Shown here: piece by piece, positions 44,270 to 56,459 of the stretch
Numbering within the stretch: the stretch's first letter is position 1
Layout of the letters: every line of letters begins with the position of its first letter
Assembly: GCF_902459465.1 (NCBI RefSeq)
Contig: NC_047064.1
Location: 16,244,001-16,308,000 of the forward strand
Reading direction: 5' to 3'
DNA: 64,000 nucleotides
Source of the DNA: Asterias rubens
Taxonomy: Eukaryota
Position numbers and translations under genes: made by a program
The notes under the pieces: generated by a model
The model's input: the letters and a program-made list of their open reading frames with translations, nothing else
Database searches by the model: none
What the model was told of the DNA's origin: nothing

Positions 44270-44568
44270 AAGTCACCAGACACACAAGGCCTGAAGGCCA
44301 CCTACCTCAAGGTGTGGGCTACAATTATTTTCCAGAGGCCGTTGCCACCTACTCCTAGGGCTGAAACAGGGTTACCCTTTTTACAGAATACAGTCTATAT
44401 GGATGTAGGCTTGGGTACCATCAGTCCGAAGCCTGGCTGGTAGAGCAGAAAGCACTACCTCCCCAATTTTATGTAGCAAGTGTCACGACCGGGCTTTGAC
44501 CCCACACTCTGCTGATCAAACACCAGAGCTTGAATCCGGTGCTCTTAACCGCTCGGCCATGACACGCC
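44270..44568 (-). mobile_element. tRNA-derived SINE
   Basis: Minus-strand head GTGTCATGGCCGAGCGGTTAAGAGCACCGGATTCAAGC...GGGGTCAAAGCCCGG with A box and degenerate B box, followed by a non-tRNA body. Confidence 0.75.
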
Positions 44569-45002
44569 ATAACTGATGAAAAGGAATGATTTGTGTTTTT
44601 TATTTGCATCTCAGCTAAAAACGCAACCTTTTGGGGTTGAAGAGGGCTCTCACCCTGAATTATTTATCAACTCAAACCTGAAGCAATACGCATTACATTC
44701 AGTGGCATAAGCTATAAGCTGTTTTGTCTGTACCCCCTCCCCCATTTAAAAGCTTGACTTATTTTAGATTTAAAAAAAATTCCAGAGTAAATATATGTTA
44801 CACTTTCTCTGAATGTGTTATTCACAATGCTTTGAAATTATGGGTCATTAGCATTATTTTACACTTTACACACAGACAAGTATTTTTATAATTAGTCAGA
44901 TTATGGAACAAAAGGGGACTGTAAAAAAAATGGAGATGAAAACTGTTCATGTTGTTGTTGGGAATAATGACACCTCCTTGTGCACCTTGACCAAAAGTTG
45001 TT

Positions 45003-45389
45003 ACAAAGGCAGTGGACACTATTGGTAATTACTCAAAATAATTATAAGCATAAAACCTTACTTGGTAACAAGTAATGGGGAGAGGTTGGTAGTATAAAAC
45101 ATTGTGAGAAACGGCTCCCTCTGAAGTGAAGTAGTTTTCGAGAAAAAAGTAATTTTCCACGAATTTAATTTAGAGACCTCAGGTTTAGAATTTGAGGTGC
45201 CGAAATCAAGCATCTGAAAGCACACAACTTCGTGTGACAAGGGTGTTTTTTCTTTCATAGTTATCTTGCAAGTCCGACGCCCAATCAAGATCAAATTTTC
45301 ACAGGTTTGTTAGTTTGTGCATTATGTTGAGATACACCAAGTGAGAAGACTGGTCTCTGACATTTACCAATAGTGTCCACTGGCTTTAA
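45003..45389. mobile_element. TTAA MITE family A
   Basis: AAAGGCAGTGGACACTATTGG...AGTGTCCACTGGCTTTAA. Confidence 0.85.
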
Positions 45390-45446
45390 TGCCATTTCTT
45401 CTAAGAGTGACTACCAAGGTACACCTTCCCTATAAAGCACCTGGAT

Positions 45447-45668
45447 TAGACTTGTGGACAAGTTGTTAATGGTCCCACACAGAGAGATAGTCGAGTATGG
45501 TCGAGTTGTCACTGCTCTCATGCAAACTGCTGGTTGCGGATTTCTACTCCACATGAGTAGAGTCGGGCAGCGCGCAGTAGTCGCGCGACCAACAGTTCGC
45601 GCGGAGAGCACCGCTGCAACTCGACTATCTCACCGCGTGGGACCATAAACGACTTGTCCACAAGTCTA
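45447..45668. mobile_element. Non-autonomous TAG...CTA element (AcademH-like) with exact 9-bp TSD CACCTGGAT
   Basis: TIR TAGACTTGTGGACAAGT / ACTTGTCCACAAGTCTA; CACCTGGAT at 45438-45446 and 45669-45677. Confidence 0.8.
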
Positions 45669-46171
45669 CACCTGGATAGGTTCTTGCATTGTACCAACAA
45701 AAACATTATTTGTAGCTCATGGTGACATCTTCCTATAGGCCCAAAGGTCGACATCAGGAAATGAGCCCTGGCCCTAGTTAAGCCTAGTCTCACTTCCTGT
45801 TAGAAGACAAAGCGCAGGGTGTGATGTATTGTCAAGAGAACCTGATAAGACTCAATCAAAAAGTGCACTGAGGCTACATCCAGCCAGATTTGTATCTGAA
45901 ATACTGTCACTAAATTAATAAAATAGCATTTTGAACCATCCTAAATCTACATTGCCTGTGTTTTTATTGCTACAGTCAAAACAAGATTGTGTGTTTAAAT
46001 GTGCACGAAATCTGCAAAAAAAAACACCCAAAAACATCAACCAGTTTGTCATTGTTTTCACTGAAACTGGATTTAGATTTAGACACATACATGTATACAG
46101 ATGATAAGTTTGTTGGTTGAATAGTGCACTTGACAACTGCATTATATGATTGGATTTACCCTTGGATGTGT

Positions 46172-46548
46172 TTAAAGGCAGTGGACACTATGGGTAGTTA
46201 CTCAAAATAATTATGGCATAAAATCTTTCTTGGTAACAAGTAATGGGGAGAGGTTGATAGTATAAAACATTGTGAGAAACGGCTCCCTCTGAACTAATGT
46301 AGTTTTCGAGAAAGAAGTAATTTTTCATGAATTTGATTTTGAGACATCAGATTGAGGTCTTGAAATCAAACATCTGAAGGTACACAACTTCGTTTGACAA
46401 GGGTGTTTTTTATTATTTCATTATTATCTTGCAACTTTGACGACCGCTTGAGCTCAATTTCAGGTTTTTGTATTTTATGCATATGTTGAGATACACCAAG
46501 TGAGAAGACTGGTCTTTGAAAATTTCAAACAGAGTCCAGTGTCTTTAA
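46172..46548. mobile_element. TTAA MITE family A
   Basis: TTAA at both ends; family A internal sequence. Confidence 0.85.
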
Positions 46549-46774
46549 GCTATGCTTTTATGGCTTTTAGCTACTTGGTGTTCCTCTCTGGATCTCACAA
46601 GTACATTCCATGTGGATTCCAGGGGGAATAAGCCCTCAGAACAAATAAGTATCCCGTTCAACAAGGCACTTGACATAGTATGTTCTGCCCCAGATTGGAA
46701 TAATTATTGGGTCTGGCCTAACTGGCATTGGGTGACCTGTGAATGTTCACAGTTAAGAGCCACAGCCTAGATTC

Positions 46775-47015
46775 TAGTCTTGTGGACAAGTCGTTAATGG
46801 TCTGCCGCGGTGAGAAAGTTGAGTTGTGGCGGTGCTCTCGCGGGAACTGCTGGTTGCTGACTTCTACTTCTTATTAAATGGGACCATAGTCCTGAGAGCA
46901 GTAGTCTGGCGGGGCGAACAGTCCCGCGAGAATACAACAGAAATCGCAGGGAGATCAGAATAGAGTTGTAATGCTATCACCGCAACAGACATTTAACAAC
47001 TTGTCCTCAAGTCTA
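46775..47015. mobile_element. Second copy of the TAG...CTA element seen at 45447
   Basis: TAGTCTTGTGGACAAGT...ACTTGTCCTCAAGTCTA; flanks CCTAGATTC / (CTACA)CCTGGATTC. Confidence 0.7.
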
Positions 47016-47156
47016 CTACACCTGGATTCACGCAGGCACAATTTTTACATAGCCCAATAAAAGAGAACATCATAATCTGATATGTCATGTTGATTGCATG
47101 GTCTGATTGTTATCAACTTTTGATGAAAGGAGAAACATCTCATAATATTGTTCAGC

Positions 47157-47613
47157 TGTTTATGACCAGTAAAAAGTGTTGCAATATGGGCGTACACGCG
47201 AGCCTGCACCTGTGATTATAAGACAGTTTCTTCATTCTTATTGGTCGAGAGTAACGGCTGGGACAGTTGTGCAACATCCTGCGCTAGGCGCGACGTGCAC
47301 AGCATTCCCTTATAAGGAGCTGTTAACCCGAGAGCGGCAGAGGGCCTTACCATTTCATAGCCGAGGGGTGTTGTTTTGAAAGGAATCATTGAACAATTAG
47401 AATTTTTGCATTTGTTTTACCTTTTGGCAAAAAGTGTTTGTGTTTTTTTACCAAAAGGGTATTTATGAATGGGAATCAAAGTGTGTTGAATCGGTTTTCA
47501 ACTAGTGGTTTAAACCCGCCGAGGCCTGGTTCTTGATAATTTACCTTGACATCGTCTCGGTATGATTATCAAGAACCAGGCCTGGTATCAACACTTTTAA
47601 CTGGTCATAAACA
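47157..47613. mobile_element. MITE with 25-bp TIR TGTTTATGACCAGTAAAAAGTGTTG
   Basis: TIR has one mismatch; no clear TSD. Confidence 0.7.
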
Positions 47614-47692
47614 AAGGTTTATACACACCCACGTGATGCGCTCTCCACAAATAGGAATAGCGAAACTGTCTGAGGTATTGATGAATATTCTT

Positions 47693-48989
47693 TTAAAGAC
47701 ACTCACACTATTTGTAACTGTCAAAGACCAGTCTTCTTTCTTAGTGTATTTCAACATTTTTATTTGCATTTAATAACAAACCTGTGAAAATTTGAGCTCA
47801 ATTGTTCGCCGAAGTTGCAAGATAATAATGAAAGAAGAAACAAAGTTGTCTGCTTTCAGACGCTTGAATTTGAGACCTCAAAATCTAACTCTGAGGTCAC
47901 AAAATCAAATTCATTGGAAATAAATTTTTCCTCATTTCATACAAAATGTTTTATACTATCAACCTCTCCCCATTACTCATTACCAAGAGAGATTAAATGC
48001 TAATAATTATTTTAATTAATTACAAATACTGCCTTTAAAGCCATTATACACTTTCGGTAAACAGTATTGTCCTAGTCCCACACTTCGTGTATCACAACTT
48101 TATATAAAACAACAAACCTGTGAAAGTTTTGCCTCAATCGGTCATCGGAGTCGGGAGAAAATAACCGGAAAACCCACTCTTGTTTCCGCGCGTTTCAACG
48201 TGTCATGACATGTGTTTAAAATAAATCATTAATTCTCGCTAACGAGAATCGATATTGTTTTAATGTTTTCTTAAAAAGTAAAGCATTTCATGGAATAATA
48301 TTTCAAGAGAAGTCTTTCACCATTACCTTCTATAAACCCTGTAAATTATTTGTAAATCTGTGAACTTTTTTGTTTGTTTCTGTACCGAAAGTGTAGAATG
48401 GCTTTAAAGTCACCTGGAAATAGATTTTTTTTTCTTTCAAACATAAGAGTATATATGCTTACGAACAATAAAACAATTTTTTTAGTAATTGTTTGTCACG
48501 ATTTATATGTTTAAAAAATGTATAAAGTTGTTTGGGGGGCTGACTCCGCCTACCCCTTTTGTGACGTCAATCGAGGCAGACTTTGCCTGCAATGCGTATA
48601 ATAGTAAACACACATGCAAAGTACATGAACGTCCAAGTCGTGAGTTGGTACATTTCAAAAAGTGTTTTTCTGCATTCAGCAGCAATACACCTGGTCGGCA
48701 TTGCCGAGAAACAAAACAAATTTTTTTGTTTGAAACGTACAAACTCACGACTTGGTCCGTACATGTACTTTGCAATTGTGTTTACTCTACGCATTACAGG
48801 TAAAGTCTGCCTCGATTGACGTCACGAAAAGCCCTCTCGGGTCGGGGTCTACTCTTAAATTTGTAAATAACATAAGAACTGATTTTTAAAAACCTTAGTT
48901 AACTGTTTATTCACATTCCACTCATCAAAACACATATATTCGTGACAAAAGCTTTATTTTGAAAAAATACCACTTCCAGGTGACTTTAA
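47693..48989. mobile_element. Chain of three TTAA MITEs (A-related, C, D) sharing TTAA junctions
   Basis: TTAA at 47693-96, 48035-38, 48404-07 and 48986-89 delimits three consecutive elements. Confidence 0.85.
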
Positions 48990-49086
48990 GTAATTTGTTG
49001 TTTATTGCCTGTAAATGCAATGTAGACTATTATTTTGTATGTCTGTTTCTTTTATATTCTATTCAGATTGCGCTTCCAGCGTGCAG

Positions 49087-49134
49087 TATGTGGTGGTCCC
49101 CTTGTTAAACCCGGAAATATCTGCAGATGGACAT
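49087..49134 (+). CDS. Candidate small exon of the EGF receptor gene (VCGGPLVKPGNICRWT)
   Basis: Donor T|GTGAGT in phase 1 matches the 50945 acceptor. The acceptor is uncertain (49067 is an alternative AG). Confidence 0.4.
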
Positions 49135-49731
49135 GTGAGTTTTGACACTTTGAGGCTCTGAAGAATAACAATAATGAAGCATTTCCCAAAACTTATTTTA
49201 AATTTGGCTCACTTCATCTGAGCATTCAAGTGCTTTAAAACGAGCCTGATACTTCTTGGAAGCATGAATGCAGTTGCCTTGATGCTCCCTGGCCATTGCC
49301 TTGATGCCCATTCAAATGTTCCATTTGTTTATTTCCCTCACAAATCTGCTCTTTACTATAAAGATAAAAAAACTGCTTGCCCTGACAAGAACTAAAGTAC
49401 TACAGGTAGGTCTACCTCAAGGTCATTGCCTTGATGCCCCATTTACATTTCATTCATAAGTGCCCTTTACTTTAGGAAAAACTGCTTGCCCTTTACTTAG
49501 GACAAAGTACCAAGCCTACTTCATAGGCCATTGCATTGATGCCCCATGAAATAATCGAGCAGAATTAACCCACAGTAAACATTCCGCAATTAGACTTGCA
49601 ATACCACAGAGTTACCCCTGCTTGGCCTTGATGCCCCTTCAAAAGATTTCTCATAGACTATTAGGGTTTTCTTAATGGAAGCGCCCTTTGCAAAATGAAA
49701 ATGGCCTTGCCCTCTCAGAGATCATGAACAT

Positions 49732-49771
49732 CCAGGCCTGCATGATCGAGATCTCGATCATGCAGGCCTGG
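49732..49771. repeat. Perfect 40-bp palindrome with no spacer
   Basis: CCAGGCCTGCATGATCGAGATCTCGATCATGCAGGCCTGG is its own reverse complement. Confidence 0.95.
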
Positions 49772-50498
49772 TATGCATAATAAGGAGCTGAGATGATGAT
49801 CTCTGCACCTAGTTTTGATGCACATGGTTATATGCACGCTTGAATAATTTGTGTTATGAGTGTGTCAAAAGATACAGTGTGACCCATCAATCAACACGTC
49901 CATGTAATTGTAAAGATCAGTGGACCATGCTGAAACATAATAGTACAAAATTCCAGTTATGTTCATGTCATGAATTTGCTGCAGCCGATTTCAACAAACG
50001 CTGGGATTAATGCTATCTCGAGTTAGGAGTTAGGACACGAAACCCAACCTAACTGAGGATGGGTTCAATGCGTCCTACGTCTGTGGATATGGAACTTAAC
50101 TTAAATCCCAAGAGTAATCATAATGTGTGTTATGCCCAGAATTGTTATATCCAGTCAGTTTCCTTTTTGGTTTATTATTTGATATATGATATAAGAATCA
50201 TATCCCCTTATAAGGGGATCCTCCTGACTGCTGTTTCCCTGGTTGCATCAACTTAGGTGTGATCCCCGGCTACACAGCCATTAATAAAGTTGTATGGCTT
50301 CGAACTGGCACCCCTGAAAAGTGATATTGACAAAAAAAGTGCCAACATACATGTAGGGCTAGATATCTCATTTGGTAGTGCCCCATGTATATCGAGTAGG
50401 TATTTGGTTCACTTTGTTCAGTCGCAAATGTTTTGTGACTATTCACACGTACTCTGTACTATAGGTCTTTGGTCATACCAGGGCTGTCATGGCAATAC

Positions 50499-50882
50499 GG
50501 GCACTGGACACTATTGGTAATAATTGTCAAAGGCCAGTCTCCTCACTTGGTGTATCTCAACATATCCACAAAATAACAAACCTGTGGAAATTTGACTCCA
50601 ATTGGTTGTCAAAGTTGCGAGATGATAATGGAAGAAAAACATCCTTGTCACACAAAGTTGTGTGCTTTCAGATGCTTGATTTCGGGACCTTAAAATCTAA
50701 TTCTGAGGTCTTTAAATCAAATTGTTGGAAAATTTCTTCTTCCTCAAAAACTACGTAACTTCAGAGGCAGCCGTTTCTCACAATGGTTTATACTATCAAC
50801 AGCTGTCCATTGCTTGTTATCAAGTAAGTTGTTATGCTAACAATTATGTTGAGTATTTACCAATAGTGTCCACTGCCTTTAA
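50499..50882. mobile_element. TTAA MITE family A, reverse
   Basis: Ends CAATAGTGTCCACTGCCTTTAA, 62 bp upstream of the 50945 acceptor. Confidence 0.85.
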
Positions 50883-50944
50883 GCAAGTATTTGAAGCCTA
50901 TCATTTAAGAAAAACCTCTTTATTTTTGTATTTTTAAACTCCAG

Positions 50945-51382
50945 CTCTAGAATGCAGTTGTGTTGCAGGTACCTACTGCAGTCTTTACACACATACTTGT
51001 ACAGTGTGCGAAGTCACCACAGACGAGTGTATTTCCCCTTGCCGGTACCCTTGCCAAAATGGTGGAAGTTGTGAATTGGAAACTGCAAGCTGCAGTTGTC
51101 AGACCGGATTCGTTGGTGAAGACTGCAGTTCCGTCGAAACTGCTCCAGCCATAACTGAATCGCCGTACCCACCAGTCCAGCCAAGTACCTGCGAGCGTGA
51201 ATGTTTAAACGGTGGAGTTTGTATGAGTGGCACTTGTGATTGCCCCTCGGGGTACTACTACCCTGACTGTAGCCTTTGCTTACCTCGCCAGCACCCAACG
51301 AAATGTATAGAACACTGCAGAGTGGAGTGCCAAAACAGTGGCGACTGTCTGACAACACACCAGAGGTGCCACTGTACTGAAG
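50945..51382 (+). CDS. EGF-repeat exon of a single-pass receptor (MEGF10/Draper/SCARF-like)
   Basis: Acceptor TTTTTAAACTCCAG| and donor G|GTAAAA; 438 bp, phase 1-1; LECSCVAGTYC...CQNGGSCELETASCSCQTGFVGEDC...CLNGGVCMSGTCDCPSGYYYPDC...CQNSGDC...CHCTE. Confidence 0.85.
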
Positions 51383-52009
51383 GTAAAACAGAAATTACTG
51401 CAAACAAGTTGTACTTTGGTACAGTTCAGGTTTGAAATTCATCTGTTTATTATCTTGATTTGTCCATCTATTTCATTTCTTGTAATTTCTGATGTTCATC
51501 TTTTTTTCACATTATAAACAAATCCTGCTGTTTGGTCTACTTCTCTAGCGCTGAGGACACTTTAACTCCTTGGTTTACCAAAAGGTTGAAATACCATCCT
51601 TTCAAACAAACCTAGTAGAATTTGTATCCCAGTTTCAGACTTTTTTTGTTAGCAAGGACTCACTTCCCTGAATTTCTGTTCCTCTTCAAGGTTCATTAGA
51701 CAGCTAAATCCGGTGTAGGCAGAGCATTGTACTTCCTCCACATATTGATCATGAAACTTTTTTGGTATAAAAAGCACTGGAGAGCTGTTGATTTTTTATA
51801 AAACGTTATTAGAAACAAACATTTTGAGAGGTATTTCACTTCAGAGTAATGTGGTTGTGTAAAAAAAAGGTAGCAGTTTTTATTCCCCAAAATATTAATC
51901 GAAGCGTCCTGTTACAGTTGTCAGATTGGTGTTCATGTTATGGGTTATTCTTCCTCTGGGACATTATTTGCTCTGTGTTTTCGGCGATAAAAATGTGACA
52001 TTTCACATG

Positions 52010-52402
52010 TTAAAGGCAGTGGACACTATTGGTATGTACTCAAAATATTTATTAGCATAAAACCTTAACTGGTAATGAGTAATGGGGAGAGGTTGATAGT
52101 ATAGTACATTGTGAGAAACGGCTCCCTCTGAAGTGACGTAGTTTTCTAGAAAGAAGCTCACAGAATTTTCCACCAATTTGATTTCAAGACCTCAAGTTTA
52201 GAATTTAGGGTCTCAAAATCAAGCATCTGAAAGCACAACTTGTGTGACCAGGGTGTCTTTCTTTCCAACATTATCTCGCAACTTCAATGAACAATTGAGC
52301 TCAAATTTTCACAGGTTTGTTATTTTATGCATGTTGAGATACATGTACATCACGTGAGAAGACTAGTCTTTGACAATTACCAATAGTGGCCATAGTCTTT
52401 AA
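52010..52402. mobile_element. TTAA MITE family A
   Basis: TTAA at both ends; family A sequence. Confidence 0.85.
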
Positions 52403-52526
52403 GTGGTATTTGATATGCATCCTAATACAAGATACATGTACATAACAACAGTCGAACGGTTCCCAAAAACCAAAGTTACAGTGTATACTTGTCCTTAAAA
52501 TAATTTGTCTGGTTTGAATTGTTTAG

Positions 52527-52868
52527 ATTTCACTGGGGAGGATTGTACCCTTTGCATCCCTTCTAAAGCTCGCAGGAACTGCACTGACATCTGCCCCGTG
52601 CTGTGTGCAAACGGCGCAACCTGCAATGTAAAGACACGCAAATGTGAGTGCACCAGTGGTTGGACGGGCGGAGCCTGCCAAGAGCCCTGTCCACCAGGAA
52701 GATTTGGGCAGAACTGCTTGGGGCTGTGCGAGTGCCTACTCGGACCGTGTGACCCACTAACGGGACGATGCCTGTGTGATCCGAACGCTCCAATTGGCCC
52801 AGACTGTTCTGCTCCTTGTGACTGCCTAGTGGATGGGGTGTGCCGAACACAAGCCAACTGCCCATCAG
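52527..52868 (+). CDS. EGF / laminin-type EGF exon of the receptor
   Basis: TGTTTAG|AT completes CHCTE-DFTGEDC; contains CPPGRFGQNCLGLCECLLGPCDPLTGRCLC; donor G|GTAGGC; 342 bp, phase 1-1. Confidence 0.88.
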
Positions 52869-53214
52869 GTAGGCACAGAGCAAAACATACTGCTGAGCAG
52901 ATGTTTTTGCTAAGAAAAAAATTAGTAGTGCACAGACGCAACAATGTAAACTTTATGGAATACTGGCAGGTACCTTTTTCCGCTCAGCAAGATATTTCTG
53001 TGCTTAGCTTTTTTTTGTGTATGCTTACATGTTTTATTAAATTTGGCCCTGGTACCTCTGTTTTTGATAGAAATACCATTTTATCCTACCAGTTATCCAC
53101 CAATCAAAAATAATAGTAGTGTAAACTTTATGGAACGTTGGCCTGTAACAGACTTCTGCTAAGCAAGATTTTCCGTTACTTAGCAATTTTTGTGCTGACA
53201 GGGAAAGTAGGCCA

Positions 53215-53325
53215 AATGGTGGATTTCAAAAAGAGTTTAGACTAGTCTTATCTTGAGATAGGACGAGTTGATCGTAATAACTTAGGACTAGTCCTAAGTT
53301 AGGACTATCTTTGTGAAAACCCTAG
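53215..53325. mobile_element. Short GATTTCACAAAG / CTTTGTGAAA-type MITE (family I)
   Basis: AGGACTAGTCCT palindromic core; related to 60319-60468 and to a fragment at ~2135. Confidence 0.6.
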
Positions 53326-53487
53326 ATCACAAATGTGTTCAAATAGTTTTCTTAGATTGAATACAATTATAGCAAATAGCAAGACTGTGTCAAATTCAAA
53401 ACCCCAGGTAAAAACACAATCAAAATAAGGAAATGTTGCATTAAACCAGGAATGTACTAAATTGTTGAAATATTTGTTCTGTTTCAG

Positions 53488-53704
53488 TTGGAAGTACTCC
53501 AGTGAGCCCAACACCTCCAGTCTTGGGCCCCACGACCCTGGGTCATCAGGGGACCGGTGGGCTGATAGGAGATTCACTCGCTAAACAGGAGAAGTTTCCA
53601 ATGATGGTCGCCATTGTTGCCACAGCTGCTGGGGCTATTGTTCTACTGGTTATAGTCATCATACTGGTTGCATTCCTCGTTAAAAGTCGCCGACATGATA
53701 CGAG
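53488..53704 (+). CDS. Stalk and transmembrane exon of the receptor
   Basis: TTTCAG| acceptor and AG|GTCAGT donor; ...MMVAIVATAAGAIVLLVIVIILVAFLV-KSRRHDTR (hydrophobic run followed by basic residues). Confidence 0.88.
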
Positions 53705-53800
53705 GTCAGTGGTAATGGAAAAAACATTAAATGATTCTCAGATCTTTTCATTTTGTTTTTGTTTATTTCGTTTGTTTTTCGTCTTTCGTTATGGAAACAT

Positions 53801-54096
53801 TTAAAGGCAGTTGACACTATTGGTAATTACTTAAAATAATTATTAGCATAAAACCCTACTTGGTAACGAGGTCAAATTTGATTTCGAGACCTCAGAATTA
53901 GATTTAAAGGTCTTGAAATCAAGCATCTTAAAGCACACAAATTCGTGTGACAAGGGTGTTTTTTTCTTTCATTATTATCTTGCAACTTTGACGAGCTCAA
54001 ATTTTCACAGGTTTGTTTTTTTGTGTATATGTTGAGATACACCAAGTGAGAAGACTTGTCTTTGACAATTTACCAATTAGTGTCCAGTGTCTTTAA
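53801..54096. mobile_element. TTAA MITE family A, internally deleted
   Basis: TTAA at both ends; ~90 bp missing. Confidence 0.8.
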
Positions 54097-54119
54097 TTAT
54101 CTGAGCCAACCACAAATTT

Positions 54120-56040
54120 TATTCTGATTCATAGATAAAAACATTTTTCTGTATCTCTGCCAATTCAACAGTTTTCCCATTGACTATACAAAAAGTGTTG
54201 ACTAACACAAGATTTGAGACTTTAAGAATGTGTTACTTCCTCATTGGTTGTGAGTGTTTTCACACAAAACAAAACTGCCCCCAAACAGATCTTTCTGAGA
54301 AACTACCAAATGTTATTTGAACAAACTAAACCTTTTCAGGAACAAAGCTGTTCATTGTTCTGATGAACAGATTTGATCAATGAAACCAGACTGATGTAAT
54401 TCTAAATATCTCCCTAGTTGTTGTACAAAATCTCCCTGATTACACATTGCAAATGTTGGCAGCTCTTTAAACACCTACCTGAGCGGAATGTTTTAAACAG
54501 AAATGGTATTTTTACTTATTTATAATGCACTTGTTCACCATTTTAATGTAATTTTGATATGTGTACACTTCTGAACTTTTCGTAATTATCGATTAAAAAA
54601 TCAGGCACCTACCTAAAGGTTTTTTGAAAAACTAAAACACTTCTGCTGTTGAGAGCGGGCGTCAAAGGACAATGCCGCTGACGTCATTTGTGGGAGTTTG
54701 CTTTGTTATACATACACGCTGCAACAAAGCGCCTTTATCTACTTATGACGTTTTGAGAGTGATTACGTAACGGGGCTTTTCACAAATCTCGCAGAAAAGC
54801 TCTGGATAAGGGCATACAAAATGATTGTTTTTTTACACAATTTAAACCTATTTATAATCATATGAATCGATTTCCTTATTCATCGAAAACATTTTAAGTG
54901 GAATTCAGCAAAGTTCACGACTTGACATTTTCGTTCAAGCAGGTCTTTAACTTTCAAATCACAAATCTTGAGAATTTGGTTCTGTAGTTATCTTTTATTT
55001 AGATGACTTTTCTTTGTGGTGACATTTCATACAAAAACATTTTGTCTGTATCTCTACCAATTCAAAAGTTTCTCCTTCACTCGGCAAATAATGTTGACTA
55101 ACACTTTAACAAGAGTTGAGAAGTCTGAGAAGCCTCTGATCACAGTGGATATTTTCCTTTCTCTCATTGGTCTCATTGGTTCTTTTTGAATGTTTTCTCA
55201 CAAAACAAATCTGTGCTCAAAAGAGATCTTTCTCTCAAACTGCAAAATGTTATTATAACAAAGTAAACCTTTTCAGGATCAAAGCTTCTCATTGATCTGA
55301 GAAATTTTTCCTCTAAAAACTTCTTGAAATCTAACTCCAGCTGAGCTGCCATCTCTCACTGATTTTGCAGAAAGTCCCCCCCCCACCCCCCCCCCCCCAA
55401 AAAAAAAAAAACCTGCCATTTTCTGAATTGAACAAATTTGATCGTAGAAACCTGTATCCAATCAGGTTGAATGTAATTTTAAATAATCTCCCTGACTGTT
55501 CCACAAATCTCTCCGATTGCAAGATACAAATGTTAGCAGCTCTATAGCTCGTAAATTGTAAATCTTTTGAATTTGGTTTGTAGTTATTTGGATGATTTTG
55601 TTTGGTGACAGTTCACACAATAACATTTTTTTTCCTCTACAATTTCAAAACTGTTCAAGTCTTAGGGCCATATCACACGAGGCAATTTACAAGCAGTCAG
55701 TTCCAGGCAATCTCCAATAAGGAAAGGCATTTACATTTCAACGTTCACATATTTTTCTTGTTGATCGTAAGACAAAAATTTGTGTGCTAGCAAATGGTCC
55801 TTAAGCATGCACTGCAGTTGGTTCCCTCTCTTGCCTGTAAAAGTTGCCTCGTGTGACAATGCCCTAAGTCTCTGGTCATGGATGTTTTCCTTCCTCTTTG
55901 GTGGTTGGTGTTTCACATAAAACAAAACAGCAGTCCAAAGAGATCTTACTGTGAAACTGAAAACTGTTATTATAAAGTGCACCTTTTTAGTAACAAAGCT
56001 GTTCCGGAAAATGTTTTCTCTAAAAACTATTAACCCTCGG
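54120..56040. repeat. Two to three diverged intronic copies of a ~400-bp unit
   Basis: AAAACATTTT..TGTATCTCT.CCAATTCAA at 54138 and 55035; AGATCTT...AACAAAGCT blocks at ~54290, ~55225 and ~55940. Confidence 0.6.
54467..54950. mobile_element. Degenerate TTAA-flanked element
   Basis: TTAA|ACACCTACCTGAGCG ... CGTTCAAGCAGGTCT|TTAA imperfect TIR. Confidence 0.5.
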
Positions 56041-56183
56041 TTTTGTTTTGTTACTTGGTTTCCTCGATGTGGGGGTTGGCATGTATTTGTTTGTGTTTTA
56101 GTTCATTTTGTCTGATCATTTCCTCTGCCAGGTTTAGTCCCTGATAGTTTTGTCTGTGTTTGTTTGATTTTTCTTGTCTACAG

Positions 56184-56239
56184 GAAGTTGGAGCGAACTG
56201 AGGAGGCAGAGCAGATACCAATGACCACTGGTGTTGCAG
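56184..56239 (+). CDS. Short juxtamembrane cytoplasmic exon (RKLERTEEAEQIPMTTGVA)
   Basis: TTTTTCTTGTCTACAG| acceptor and G|GTAATT donor; its phase 2-to-1 exactly bridges the TM exon and the last exon. Confidence 0.8.
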
Positions 56240-56459
56240 GTAATTTCCTTGCCTTCATGTTTCCTGCATTATCAGATTTTAGTCATAACTGTCTCAATTG
56301 AATTAATGCTGATAAGAATAACAATATTATATCATCAATCGTTATAAACTTGCAGTAGGTATATTATAGTTATTATAATAATAGCTATAACTAGTTTTTC
56401 TATTGTGCAGTTTACAATAAACTACCTATGTGCTTTAGATAGTGCCCTGGACATTAGGC

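Noticed and set aside
44478-44568. tRNA gene (Ser/Leu-like)
   Set aside because: The B box is degenerate and the head continues into a body shared with other decayed copies, so it is a SINE head.
46552-46770. ORF MLLWLLATWC... as an additional receptor exon
   Set aside because: A plausible AG is present, but there is no EGF-type Cys pattern or unambiguous donor, and it is wedged between two mobile elements.
25296-48819. Similar ORFs at 25296-25690 and 48489-48819
   Set aside because: They lie inside the two family D MITE copies and occur on both strands; there is no coding signature.
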